Shown piece after piece: positions 40,380 to 51,650 of a stretch of DNA of 64,000 bases. A model generated the notes under the pieces. The model was not told where the DNA came from. It worked only from the letters and a program-made list of their open reading frames with translations, and searched no databases. Numbering within the stretch: the stretch's first letter is position 1; every line of letters starts with the position of its first letter. Origin of the DNA: an uncultured Alphaproteobacteria bacterium (GTDB lineage Bacteria; Pseudomonadota; Alphaproteobacteria; Rhodobacterales; Rhodobacteraceae); contig CAVXNV010000004.1 in assembly GCA_963763165.1 (NCBI GenBank), positions 292,652 through 356,651 on the forward strand, written 5' to 3'. Both the position numbers and the translations under genes were made by a program.

Positions 40380-41336
40380 CTACTGCTGGCGCGCATGCAT
40401 GATGAAGCCGAGGAAGTTCAGCAGCACCTGCGCGGCAAGGATCGAGGTCGTGTCGCCCGCGTCATAGGCCGGAGCGACTTCGACAAGGTCCATTCCGACG
40501 ACCTCATGCGCCTGCGCGACGGCCTGCAGCAGTTCGAGCACCTCGTAATAGAGAAAGCCGCCATGGCTGGGCGTGCCGGTGCCGGGCGCGATGGACGGGC
40601 AGAACCCGTCGATATCGAGCGTGACATAGACGCACGCACCTGCGGGAATGCGCGCCGCCAGCGCCTCGGGTCCCAGATCGCGCGCCTGGCGGACCGAAAG
40701 AATGTCCGACCCCATCGCGCGGGCGGCGTCATAGCCATCCCTTGCGGTCGAGCTGACATTGCGGATGCCGACCTGCGTTAGGCCGGTGACATAGGATTTT
40801 TCGGCGGCGCGGCGCATCGGGTTGCCATGGCCGTTCCTCACCCCGTGACGCTCGTCGACGAAATCGAGATGCGCGTCGATCTGGAGGATATGGATGTCGC
40901 CGTGACCTTCGAAGGCGTCGATACAGGGGATGTTGATCGAATGATCGCCGCCGATGACGACGGGCAGGGCGCCCGCATCCAGGATCGCACGCACGCCTGC
41001 CGCGATGTTTGCATGGCTTTGCGCCGTGTCGGTATGGATCATGTCGGCGTCGCCGATGTCGACGATGCGCACATCCTCGCCCAGATAGGTCGTGTCGTCC
41101 TCGTGATCATAGGCGCCCGCATGGCCGAAGCTGAAGAGGGTCGACGCCTCGCGCACCGCGCGCGGGCCAAAGCGTGCGCCGGGCCGGAACTGCGTGCCGC
41201 CGTCGAATGGCGCGCCGAGAACGGCGATATCGGCATCAATCGCGCCCCAGTCGGCAACGTAAGGCCGCTTGCCGAAGGTCGATATCCCGACGAAGGGCAG
41301 GTTCAGCCGCCCGGTTTGGTAGTCATGTCCGCTCAT
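40380..41336 (-). CDS. speB: Agmatinase/ureohydrolase
   Basis: GAPFD, RFGPRAVRE, GGDHS, DAHLDF, DIDGFCP..APGTGTP; exact substrate not established. Confidence 0.85.
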   Translation of the reverse strand: MSGHDYQTGRLNLPFVGISTFGKRPYVADWGAIDADIAVLGAPFDGGTQFRPGARFGPRAVREASTLFSFGHAGAYDHEDDTTYLGEDVRIVDIGDADMIHTDTAQSHANIAAGVRAILDAGALPVVIGGDHSINIPCIDAFEGHGDIHILQIDAHLDFVDERHGVRNGHGNPMRRAAEKSYVTGLTQVGIRNVSSTARDGYDAARAMGSDILSVRQARDLGPEALAARIPAGACVYVTLDIDGFCPSIAPGTGTPSHGGFLYYEVLELLQAVAQAHEVVGMDLVEVAPAYDAGDTTSILAAQVLLNFLGFIMHARQQ

Positions 41337-41371
41337 GCCGAAATCTCCGCTGTTGGGTCGGCGCCAGATAG

Positions 41372-42922
<1,551 letters not shown>

Positions 42923-42967
42923 TATCCGCATGTTGCGCGCTGTTTCTAAAGTGAAAGGTGCGGCATC

Positions 42968-44131
42968 GTGACGCCCGGCGCCCGCATTCAGGCTGCGATC
43001 GAGATCCTGGACGTCATTGCCGAGGGCATGCCCGTCGAAAAGGCGCTGATCGGGTGGGCGCGCCGCGCGCGCTATGCCGGGTCCGGTGACCGGGCAGCCG
43101 TGCGCGATAATGTGTTTCAGGCGCTGCGCTGCTGGCGGTCCTACGCGTGCCTTGGCGGCGGCGAAACCGGACGCGGGCGCATGATCGGCGCACTGCGGGC
43201 CGAAGGCGTTGACCCCGGAACGCTCTTCACAGGCGCCGGTCACGCGCCTGCCCCGCTCAGCGTGGCGGAGCGGGAGGAAGGATGCGCGCCGGCCGGCGCG
43301 GATGCTTACGACTTGCCCGATTGGCTGCTGGAGAGGTTCCGCGCCTCTCTTGGTCCCAAGGCCGAAGCGATGGCCGTGGCATTGCGCGCGCGCGCGCCCG
43401 TCATGCTGCGCGTCAACCGGCGCAAGGCGACCATTGCCGACGCGCTCGCCGCGCTGCGGCGCGACGGCATTAACTGCGCGCCGCATCCCATCGCAGAGAT
43501 GGGGTTGATCGTGACGGAGGGCAGCCGGAAACTGGCCTGCAGTGCGGCCTATCTGGGGGGGCTGGTCGAGCTTCAGGACGGCTCCAGCCAGGCCGCGATG
43601 GAGGGGGTGGACGTCTCGCAGGCAGATCGCATCCTCGACTACTGCGCCGGCGGCGGCGGCAAGTCGCTGGCCTTGGCGGCCCGCAGCGCGGCACGCATTC
43701 TTGCGCATGATGTCGATGCCGCCCGTATGGCGGACCTGCCGCAGCGGGCGGCGCGGGCAGGGGTAGAGATCGCCAGCGTCGAAACGTCAGCTTTGGCGTC
43801 CAACGGTTTGTTTGATATCGTTTTATGCGATGTGCCCTGTTCCGGAAGCGGCACCTGGCGCCGCACGCCCGATGCCAAGTGGCGCCTGACACCGCAGCGG
43901 TTGGCCGAACTGACGCGGTTGCAGGCGCAGATCGCAGAAGATGCGTCACGTCTGGTCGCGCCGGGCGGGCAGCTGATCTATGCCACCTGCTCGCTCCTGG
44001 TCGAGGAAAACGAGGCGCAGGTTGAGGCTTTCCTGTCGGCTCGGCCGGGTTGGGTGCGGCGCAAAGCCCACAGGTTCGATGTGACGGACGGTGGCGACGG
44101 CTTCTTTGTGGCGCACCTTGGGCGCGATTGA
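42968..44131 (+). CDS. RsmB/NOP-family m5C RNA methyltransferase
   Basis: ELQD..SQ, DYCAGGGGK, DVPCSGSGTWRR, YATCS. Confidence 0.92.
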   Translation: MTPGARIQAAIEILDVIAEGMPVEKALIGWARRARYAGSGDRAAVRDNVFQALRCWRSYACLGGGETGRGRMIGALRAEGVDPGTLFTGAGHAPAPLSVAEREEGCAPAGADAYDLPDWLLERFRASLGPKAEAMAVALRARAPVMLRVNRRKATIADALAALRRDGINCAPHPIAEMGLIVTEGSRKLACSAAYLGGLVELQDGSSQAAMEGVDVSQADRILDYCAGGGGKSLALAARSAARILAHDVDAARMADLPQRAARAGVEIASVETSALASNGLFDIVLCDVPCSGSGTWRRTPDAKWRLTPQRLAELTRLQAQIAEDASRLVAPGGQLIYATCSLLVEENEAQVEAFLSARPGWVRRKAHRFDVTDGGDGFFVAHLGRD

Positions 44132-44171
44132 TACCTGCAAACACAACCCAAACAGGCATACCGGACTCGCG

Positions 44172-44186
44172 TTAAGGCGGCATTAA
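44172..44186. promoter_or_regulatory. CtrA full binding site upstream of cckA
   Basis: TTAA-GGCGGCA-TTAA; reverse strand reads TTAA-N7-TTAAC. Confidence 0.75.
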
Positions 44187-44290
44187 GAGGTTTGGCTCGA
44201 AGGTCGAGGGAACCGAATCGCTATGCAGGGCCGTCAGGTTTGACCATATTCGCACGTACGTTCGAAACGATCCGCCGCGCGGCGACGCAA

Positions 44291-46561
44291 ATGCGCCCGC
44301 ATGTCGGACTCATTGCATGCTCCGCGATCCCTGTCGGAGCGGCTGCGTTTATCTTACCTGGCGGAAGGGAACAGCATGCGGTTGTCCTTGTGGCGCTCGT
44401 GCTCGGCTCCAGCGCGGGATGGATCCTGCTCATGTCCTGGCTCGAGGCCATCGGCGACAGGCGCGCGATCGAATCGTTCCGCACGCTGATCGAACATGAT
44501 GCCGCTCCCAGCGTCGTGACCGGGTCCGACGGGGCTATCGCTTATTTCAACGATGCGGCGGGGCGGGCCTACAAGGCCGATCGCTGCAAAACGCTGACCT
44601 GTGCGCTCGAGCCGGTGATCGCCAATCCCGGCGCCGTTCTCTACCGGCTCCAGACACGCGCGGGCGTGCGCGGCTCCGCGCATGAGGATATCGTCACCCA
44701 TGCCGGCCACATCCGCGTGTCCGTGCATCGTGCGGGCGAAGACAACCTGCTGTGGCGGATCGAAAAATCCGCCGATGCCGCCGCGCGACGCGGTGATGCC
44801 GCGCAGTTTCCCATGCTGACGGTTGGGCGGAACAACGCTGTGCTTTTCATGAACGATGCGGCGCGGATGCTGATCGGGGAGCGCGCGCGTACGCTCGACC
44901 GGATCTGCCCGGCCTTGCCCCTGCGCACGGGCCAGGTCAACGCGATCTCCACGCAGGCGGGCGTGCAGCAATGTCTTGTCGTCGAACTTGAAGGTATTGC
45001 CGGGCGCCGCGAGGTATTTCTCATCCCCGGCGTCGCGGGTGCGGAGCAGGCGGCGCCGGGCCGTCCGATCTTCGACGATCTGCCGGTTCCAGTTCTGAAG
45101 CTGACGCGCGGCGGGACGATCATGTTCTGCAACCGTGCAGCGGGCGATCTGTTGGGAAGCGGTGATCTGGCCGGCCGACAGATCACCGACCTTCTGGAAG
45201 GGCTGGGCCGATCGATTCCCGATTGGCTTGAGGATGCGGCTCTGCAACGCGGCGCGCAGCATTCGGAATTCCTGCAGGTCCGGCGCGCCGATCGTGATAT
45301 CTTCATCCGCGTCACCCTGAACCGCAGGATAGAGGATGCAGAGATCGTCCTGATCGCCGTGCTGAATGACGCGACCGAGCTGAAATCTCTCGAAGCCCAG
45401 TTCGTTCAGTCGCAGAAGATGCAGGCCATCGGCCAGCTCGCCGGCGGAGTTGCGCACGACTTCAACAATCTTCTGACCGCAATCTCGGGGCATTGCGACC
45501 TGTTGCTGTTGCGGCACGACCAGGGTGATGCGGATTACGGGGACCTGCTTCAGATCAACCAGAACGCCAACCGGGCAGCATCGCTCGTGAACCAGCTGCT
45601 CGCCTACTCGCGAAAGCAGACCTTGCGCCCCGAGATCATGGACCTGCGCGATGCCATGTCGGACCTGACGCATCTGCTGAACCGGCTGGTGGGGGAAAAG
45701 GTGATCCTGTCGCTCAACCATGATCCGGCGCTCTGGTCGATCCGGGCAGACAAGCGGCAACTTGAACAGGTGCTGGTCAACCTCGTCGTAAATGCCCGCG
45801 ATGCCATGCCCGACGGCGGCGAGATCAGGATCGAAACGCAGAACGTGTCGCTCGATGCGCCGCTTCAACGCGACAGGGCGTTGGTCGCGCCGGGACAGTG
45901 GGTGCGCATCAGCGTCAGCGACGAAGGCACGGGCATTCCAAGGGACCGGCTCGACAAGATATTCGAGCCGTTCTTTACCACCAAACGCATAGGCGAGGGC
46001 ACGGGGCTGGGCCTTTCGACCGCCTATGGCATCGTCAAACAGACCGGCGGCTTCATCTTCGTCGATACCGAGGAGGGCGCCGGCACGACGTTTTTCCTGA
46101 TGTTCCCCGCGCATCAGGCCGCCGCGACAGGACCGGTCGTGGAAAAGGTGGCGCAGGCGGATACCGCCGCCGCGGACGGGCTTGTCCTGCTGGTCGAGGA
46201 CGAAGCGCCGGTCCGGGCCTTCGCCTCGCGCGCGCTGCAAATGCGCGGCTTCACCGTCCTCGAAGCGGAATCGGCGGAGGAGGCGCTGGATATCCTGACC
46301 GACCCTGCGGTCACTGTGGATGTGTTTGTCACCGACGTGGTGATGCCGGGCATGGACGGCCCCAGCTGGGTTCAGGAGGCGCTCAAGACGCGGCCCGACG
46401 CGCGGGTGGTGTTCGTTTCAGGCTACGCCGAGGAGGATTTTGGCGACACGCAGGCACGTATTCCCAATTCGGTTTTTCTGCCCAAGCCATTCTCTCTGAC
46501 TGAACTGACGGACGTCGTGCAGCGACAGATGCGCGGTGAGCCGCCCCGGATGGCCAGCTGA
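44291..46561 (+). CDS. cckA: Hybrid PAS-HisKA-HATPase-REC kinase CckA
   Basis: Two TMs, PAS-like segments, QSQKMQAIGQLAGGVAHDFNN, NARDA, FFTTK..GEGTGLGL, REC TDVVMPGMDG; start uncertain (44192-44291); follows rsmB-like gene. Confidence 0.9.
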   Translation: MRPHVGLIACSAIPVGAAAFILPGGREQHAVVLVALVLGSSAGWILLMSWLEAIGDRRAIESFRTLIEHDAAPSVVTGSDGAIAYFNDAAGRAYKADRCKTLTCALEPVIANPGAVLYRLQTRAGVRGSAHEDIVTHAGHIRVSVHRAGEDNLLWRIEKSADAAARRGDAAQFPMLTVGRNNAVLFMNDAARMLIGERARTLDRICPALPLRTGQVNAISTQAGVQQCLVVELEGIAGRREVFLIPGVAGAEQAAPGRPIFDDLPVPVLKLTRGGTIMFCNRAAGDLLGSGDLAGRQITDLLEGLGRSIPDWLEDAALQRGAQHSEFLQVRRADRDIFIRVTLNRRIEDAEIVLIAVLNDATELKSLEAQFVQSQKMQAIGQLAGGVAHDFNNLLTAISGHCDLLLLRHDQGDADYGDLLQINQNANRAASLVNQLLAYSRKQTLRPEIMDLRDAMSDLTHLLNRLVGEKVILSLNHDPALWSIRADKRQLEQVLVNLVVNARDAMPDGGEIRIETQNVSLDAPLQRDRALVAPGQWVRISVSDEGTGIPRDRLDKIFEPFFTTKRIGEGTGLGLSTAYGIVKQTGGFIFVDTEEGAGTTFFLMFPAHQAAATGPVVEKVAQADTAAADGLVLLVEDEAPVRAFASRALQMRGFTVLEAESAEEALDILTDPAVTVDVFVTDVVMPGMDGPSWVQEALKTRPDARVVFVSGYAEEDFGDTQARIPNSVFLPKPFSLTELTDVVQRQMRGEPPRMAS

Positions 46562-46622
46562 CCGGATTGCCCCCGGAGAGAGTTTGCAGGCAGTATGCCC
46601 GGCCTCCGGCGCTGGTTCCGGA

Positions 46623-46830
46623 TCAGCCACGGCGCATCCGCTCTTGCGCGCCGAAGGCCATCTCCATCTCCCGCCGCAGTTGCGCGCGGGCGCGGGCCCA
46701 GCGCGATATAACGGTGTTCACGCCGCATCCGGTGCGTCCGGCAAGGGCGGCGGGGCTGGTCTCGCCGGAAATGACCAGCGCGATCAGCGCGGCCTGCTTG
46801 ACGGGCAGGCGGCGGACCTGCCTTTTTGCA
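46623..46830 (-). pseudogene. Degenerate ECF sigma region-4-like remnant
   Basis: LPVKQAALIALVISGETSPAALAGRTGCGVNTVISRWARARAQLR resembles the ECF 4.2 HTH (GTVMSRLARAR); no region 2 and no convincing start. Confidence 0.45.
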
Positions 46831-46987
46831 CGGTCGGGCGCCGCCCGCAGGGGGAAGATCGGCGTATCTCCGCCGCCGGGCGAACCGCAGGCGCCGGGCC
46901 GGGACGCAAAGGCCACCCAAGGCGTCTTGTATTGCGAAGCGGGCAATGCAGCCCCTTCCCGAACCAGAAGACAACAGGAGAAACCAA

Positions 46988-47236
46988 ACGACAAAATTCA
47001 TCGCAGCCGTTCTTGGCGTGAGCGCAATGACAACGGCGGCCTTTGCCGAAATGTCGACCGTCGGTGCCAACGGCGACGGCCTCGTCACCATGGAAGAGCT
47101 GCAGACCGCTTATCCCGAAGTCACGGCCGAACAGTTCAGCGAATTCGACGCCAATGGCGATGGCGCCGTGGACGACGCCGAGATGAGCGCGGCAGAGGGA
47201 TCGGGTCTGCTGCCGACATCATCCGGCGAGGGCTGA
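46988..47236 (+). CDS. Small secreted EF-hand protein, start codon ACG (possibly decayed)
   Basis: AGGAG RBS then ACG-ACA-AAA-TTC (xTKFIAAVLGVSAMTTAAFA signal peptide); EF loops GANGDGLVTMEE and DANGDGAVDDAE. Confidence 0.65.
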   Translation, partial: TTKFIAAVLGVSAMTTAAFAEMSTVGANGDGLVTMEELQTAYPEVTAEQFSEFDANGDGAVDDAEMSAAEGSGLLPTSSGEG

Positions 47237-47356
47237 TCTTCCTCCGCCGGGCGGTAACTCTTGCTGCGTCGCCGGGCAATTTCCCGCCGCTCATCCAGCA
47301 GCGGTCTAAGCGGGAATTTCCGCTGGGCCGTCAAGGGGCGGCCCAGCGGCGCAGCG

Positions 47357-48412
47357 TTATTTGGGTGCGGCGCGGCGCACCATGCCGAACAGATCCCGCG
47401 GATCGTCCGGGTCTGCCAGCATGTCCAGGTTCTGGTAGAATTCCGTGCCCTCGATCTGGCGCCGCACGTAACGCAGCGCGCTGAAATCCTCGGTGGCGAA
47501 TCCCACCGAATCGAACAGCGTGATCTGCGTGTCGCTTGTGCGTCCCTTGGCAGCGCCGGTCATCACCTGCCACAGCTCGATCACCGGATGATCCGGGGCC
47601 AGTTGCTGAATCTCGCCCTCGATCCGGGTCTGGGGCGGGAATTCCACGAAGATGTCGCTGCGCTCGAGGATGGCGGGCGCCAGCTCCGTCTTGCCGGGGC
47701 AGTCGCCGCCGATGGCGTTGATATGCACCCCCGCGCCGACCATGTTGTCGGTCAGGATGGTGGCGTATTGCTTGTCCGCGGTGCAGGTCGTGATGATCTG
47801 CGCGCCTTCCATGCTTGCCTCGGCGGTGTCACACTCAACCACGTTGAGGCCCAGCCCCGCGAGGTTCTTTGCCGCCTTGCGCGTTGCGGCCTTGTCGATG
47901 TCGAAGAGGCGCACGGTCTTGATGCCGACGATGGATTTCATCGCGAGACTCTGGAATTCCGATTGCGCGCCGTTGCCGATCATCGCCATCGTGTCGGCGC
48001 CCTTCGGGGCGAGGTATTTCGCCACCAGCGCCGAAGTGGCGGCGGTGCGCAGGGCCGTGAGGATCGTCATCTCGCTCAACAGCACGGGATAACCGTTGTC
48101 GACGTTCGCCAAGAGGCCGAAGGCGGTGACCGTCTGCAGCCCCTCGCGCGTGTTCTTGGGATGACCGTTCACGTATTTGAAGCCGTAAACCTTGCCGTCC
48201 GAGGTCGGCATAAGCTCGATCACGCCTTCTTCGGAGTGGCTGGCGATGCGGGGCGTCTTGTCGAACAACTCCCAGCGCTTGAAATCTTCCTCGATGTATT
48301 CGGCGAGCCCGGCCAGCATCGGTTCGATCCCGATATGGTGGATCAGCTTCATCATGTTGTCGACGCTGACAAAGGGCACATAGGCCTTGTCGGAAGGGGA
48401 AAGGATGCTCAT
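47357..48412 (-). CDS. ocd: Ornithine cyclodeaminase
   Basis: GVIELMP, FKYVNGHP, TALRTAA, IGNGAQSEFQ, GGDCPGKTE, FDSVGFA.ED. Confidence 0.95.
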   Translation of the reverse strand: MSILSPSDKAYVPFVSVDNMMKLIHHIGIEPMLAGLAEYIEEDFKRWELFDKTPRIASHSEEGVIELMPTSDGKVYGFKYVNGHPKNTREGLQTVTAFGLLANVDNGYPVLLSEMTILTALRTAATSALVAKYLAPKGADTMAMIGNGAQSEFQSLAMKSIVGIKTVRLFDIDKAATRKAAKNLAGLGLNVVECDTAEASMEGAQIITTCTADKQYATILTDNMVGAGVHINAIGGDCPGKTELAPAILERSDIFVEFPPQTRIEGEIQQLAPDHPVIELWQVMTGAAKGRTSDTQITLFDSVGFATEDFSALRYVRRQIEGTEFYQNLDMLADPDDPRDLFGMVRRAAPK

Positions 48413-48473
48413 GTCGTGGCCTTTTCAGGTTGAAGATGCTTACGGTGGCCGTCGCGGCAGGCGAAGCCACGGA

Positions 48474-49403
48474 TCATGAATAGGCCCGCGTCGGGCGGTC
48501 AAAGACGCGGCGGCCCAGGGCAGAGGCGGCCAGATCGACCATCACCTGCGCGGTGCGGCCCCGGTCGTCAAGGAAAGGGTTCAGCTCGACCAGGTCCAGC
48601 GACGTCATCAGGCCGCTGTCGCAGATGATCTCCATCGCCAGATGCGCCTCGCGCATGGTTGCGCCGCCGGGAACGGTCGTGCCCACGGCGGGCGCGAAAC
48701 TGGGGTCGAGGAAATCGACGTCGAGCGAGACATGCAGCATGCCGTTCGCCTTCTGCACATCCTCCAGAAAGGCCGCCAGAGGGCGGGCGATGCCGGTCTC
48801 GTCGATGCTGCGCATGTCGTGGTAGCGCACGGCGGTCGCCTGCATCGCCTCGCGCTCGTCCGGATCGACCGAGCGCAGGCCCAGAAGGCAGATATTCTCA
48901 TGCGGCACCGGGTGCCTGACTTGGGGAAAGCCGTGGAACCCCTCGCGCCCGGTGACATAACCCAGCGGTGCGCCGTGCAGGTTGCCGGACGCGGTGCTTT
49001 GCGGCGTGTGATAATCCGTATGCGCGTCCAGCCACAGCACGAACAGCGGCCGGTCTTGCGCCGCCGCATGATCCGCCGCCCCCAGGACGGAGCCAAGGGC
49101 AAGCCCGTGATCCCCGCCGAGGAAGATCGGCAACCCGCGCGGCAGCGCCTCGGCCGCAGCGCGGGCAAGCGCGCGGGTCCAGCCGATCATCTCGGCGGGG
49201 GCGTAAAGGTGGTCGGGCAGATCGGCATGCGCTTCGGCGGGATCGGGCGCGATGTTTCCGACGTCGATCACCTCGTGGCCCAGATCGGCCAGCGCCGGGC
49301 CGATGCCCGCCACGCGGTAGGCGTCGGGGCCCATGAGGCAGCCCTGGCGTCGCTTGCCGCTGTCCAGCGGCGCGCCGATCAAAATGCAGGTCTTGCCGGT
49401 CAT
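48474..49403 (-). CDS. rocF: Arginase
   Basis: GCLMGP, GGDHG, DAHTD, SGNLHG, SLDVDFLDP..AP.VGT, ELNPFLD. Confidence 0.95.
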   Translation of the reverse strand: MTGKTCILIGAPLDSGKRRQGCLMGPDAYRVAGIGPALADLGHEVIDVGNIAPDPAEAHADLPDHLYAPAEMIGWTRALARAAAEALPRGLPIFLGGDHGLALGSVLGAADHAAAQDRPLFVLWLDAHTDYHTPQSTASGNLHGAPLGYVTGREGFHGFPQVRHPVPHENICLLGLRSVDPDEREAMQATAVRYHDMRSIDETGIARPLAAFLEDVQKANGMLHVSLDVDFLDPSFAPAVGTTVPGGATMREAHLAMEIICDSGLMTSLDLVELNPFLDDRGRTAQVMVDLAASALGRRVFDRPTRAYS

Positions 49404-49518
49404 ATTGCAGTCCTCCTTGGGTTTGGCTGCAATCTCTTGCGCAAACGGGGCGGATGGAAGTGGACAATTTGCACATATGGGAACAAGATTGAGCAAAACG
49501 GAACAAGGATCCGCCGAT

Positions 49519-49947
49519 ATGGACGAAACCGATCAGGCGCTGATCGCCGCCTTGCGCCATGACGCGCGCGCGTCGCTGTCGGATCTGGCCGCAACGCTGG
49601 ACGTATCGCGCACGACAGTGCGCGCGCGGATCGAGCGGCTCAGGCGCAGCGGCGAGATCGTGGGTTTCTCGGTCGTGCTCAAGGCCGATGCTGCGCGCGA
49701 TCCGGTGCGCGGGCTGATGATGCTGGGAATCGAGGGGCGCGGCACGGACCGGATCCTGCGCCAGTTGAACGGCCTGAGCGCCGTGCGCGCCAGCCACACC
49801 ACCAACGGGCGTTGGGACATCATCGTCGAGATCGGCGCGCCCACGCTGGAGGAGTTCGACCGCGTCCTCAGCCAGATCCGGCGCATGGACGGCATCGTCA
49901 GCAGCGAGACGAGCCTGCTGCTCAGCACGCGAAAATCGACGGGGTAG
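49519..49947 (+). CDS. Lrp/AsnC-family regulator
   Basis: MDETDQALIAALRHDARASLSDLAA.L.VSRTTV..R; divergent from rocF-ocd. Confidence 0.93.
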   Translation: MDETDQALIAALRHDARASLSDLAATLDVSRTTVRARIERLRRSGEIVGFSVVLKADAARDPVRGLMMLGIEGRGTDRILRQLNGLSAVRASHTTNGRWDIIVEIGAPTLEEFDRVLSQIRRMDGIVSSETSLLLSTRKSTG

Positions 49948-49960
49948 GGTTGCGGCGCGG

Positions 49961-50413
49961 TCAGCGCCGCGCCGCCATTGCCCAGATCACGGCAAGGCCC
50001 AGCGACGCCAGCATGTTCCAGCTTGCCATCGACAGGCCCAGCATCTGCCACGCGACCTCGTCGCACATCACGATGTCCAGCGGCCCCTCAAGACGCAAAA
50101 GATCGCCGCCGGCGCCGCCGCTGCACGAAGATGGTCCCTGCCACCAGCCACGCTCGACCCCGGTATGATATGCGCCGATCGCGGCCGAGACCAGCACCGC
50201 CAGCATCCCCAGCCACGGCATGAAGCGGCCATGCGACCAGCGCCCCAGCGCAAGCGCGAAGAGGCCGATCAGCGCGGCGGCGACATGGGGCCAACGCTGC
50301 CACAGGCACATGGGGCAGGGCGCGAGCCCACCGATGTGCTGAAAGGCCAGCGCCCCCAGCAGCAGGCCCAACGATCCAAGCGCTGCAACGGCGATCAGGG
50401 CGTTCCGGTTCAT
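49961..50413 (-). CDS. dsbB: Disulfide bond formation protein DsbB family
   Basis: LAPCPMCLWQRWPH, YHTGVE..WW.GP..C, C..V.W..LGLSMA.WN. Confidence 0.9.
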   Translation of the reverse strand: MNRNALIAVAALGSLGLLLGALAFQHIGGLAPCPMCLWQRWPHVAAALIGLFALALGRWSHGRFMPWLGMLAVLVSAAIGAYHTGVERGWWQGPSSCSGGAGGDLLRLEGPLDIVMCDEVAWQMLGLSMASWNMLASLGLAVIWAMAARR

Positions 50414-50415
50414 CG

Positions 50416-50994
50416 TCACATCACCTTTATCAGCAGGAAACCCCCGACGAGGCAGGCAAAGAAAAGCGCGAAGACAAGGCCCAGCCGCCGCTCGACAAAG
50501 TCGCGCACCGGCGGGCCGAAACGCCACAGCAGCGCCGCGACGATGAAGAACCGCAGCCCCCGCGCCAGGGCCGAAGTCAGGATGAACGTGCTCAGCGCCA
50601 TGCCGGTCCAGCCCGACATGATCGTGATGACCTTGTAGGGAAAGGGCGTGACGCCCGCCGCCAGAACGGCCCAGAAGCCCAGGTCGTTGAACCGCGTGTT
50701 GAACTCGGTCATTGCGTCCGCCTTGCCGAGGGACTCAAGGATCGGGCGGCCGACCTGCTCGAACGCCAGCGCGCCGATGGCATAACCCGCAATTCCACCC
50801 AGCACCGACGCCAGCATCGCCAGTCCGGCAATCGCCCAGGCGCGGTGCGGGCGCGCCAGGATCATCGGGATCATCAGCACGTCCGGCGGAATGGGAAAGA
50901 CCGAGCTTTCAATGAAGGCGACGGCCGCCAGAACCCACATTGCACGCGGATGCTCGGCCAGGGCGAGGGTTTGATCGTAGAAGCGTCGTAGCAT
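50416..50994 (-). CDS. YqaA/DedA-family membrane protein
   Basis: AFIESSVFPIPPDVLMIPM, SVLGG..GY, TPFPYKV, ARGLRFF. Confidence 0.92.
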   Translation of the reverse strand: MLRRFYDQTLALAEHPRAMWVLAAVAFIESSVFPIPPDVLMIPMILARPHRAWAIAGLAMLASVLGGIAGYAIGALAFEQVGRPILESLGKADAMTEFNTRFNDLGFWAVLAAGVTPFPYKVITIMSGWTGMALSTFILTSALARGLRFFIVAALLWRFGPPVRDFVERRLGLVFALFFACLVGGFLLIKVM

Positions 50995-51145
50995 GGGCGT
51001 CGCGTGTTCCCTGAGACTCCTGCGGCACAGACCACGCGCGGCCAGCCCGGTCAAGCCCCGGCACCCCGCGCCGCGTAAAATCAACCCCTTCGCGCGCGGC
51101 GGGGCTGGACGAGGGCCCGGCCTTTCGCTACAGAAACGCCAGTGA

Positions 51146-51231
51146 GCCCAAGTGGCGGAATGGTAGACGCAGGGGATTCAAAATCCCCCGGCTTAACGGC
51201 CTTGTCGGTTCGAGTCCGACCTTGGGTACCA
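51146..51231 (+). tRNA. tRNA-Leu(CAA)
   Basis: Acceptor GCCCAAG/CTTGGGT; anticodon arm GGGGA-TTCAAAA-TCCCC; long variable arm; GGTTCGAGTCC T-loop; encoded CCA. Confidence 0.97.
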
Positions 51232-51259
51232 GCGCAAGTCTATGACTTTGCAAGAGAAC

Positions 51260-51287
51260 GCCGCCGATCCTTTGATCGGCGGCTTTT
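51260..51287 (+). terminator. Terminator after the tRNA
   Basis: GCCGCCGATC-CTTT-GATCGGCGGC-TTTT. Confidence 0.85.
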
Positions 51288-51489
51288 CCGTTTTTGCGTG
51301 ACTCTTACGGCTGACTCCCACGTCACTCTTGGAAATGCCGCATCTGCGCTGTTCGAAACATCGCCTTCTGGTTCGCCTCAGGATCACCCTCCCAATTGAG
51401 CTTCATATTAAGTTCCTTCCTCTTGCCGGACTTATCTTTCCAAGTGACCCGGTGATACGGCACCCATTCAGACCCGTTCCCGGGCCAAG

Positions 51490-51648
51490 CAGATCAAGAC
51501 GACGCTGAAGGGGGAGGTGGACGAGGAAGCCTCGGAAAGCCTCAAGAGAACCACATCCCGGCCATTCGCGCGCCCTAAATCAGAGCGAATTGCGATGAAG
51601 GTCATCAACCATCTGGGGGATGAAGTGATGAAGGTTTTGGGAGTTTAG
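51490..51648 (+). pseudogene. 3' remnant of a site-specific adenine DNA methyltransferase (Mod-like)
   Basis: KTTLKGEVDEEASESLKRTTSRPFARPKSERIAMKVINHLGDEVMKVLGV* matches the C-terminal SRPF.KP.SGRIAVKVINHLGDEVMKV tail I recall from such enzymes; no start codon or catalytic domain. Confidence 0.7.
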
Positions 51649-51650
51649 AG

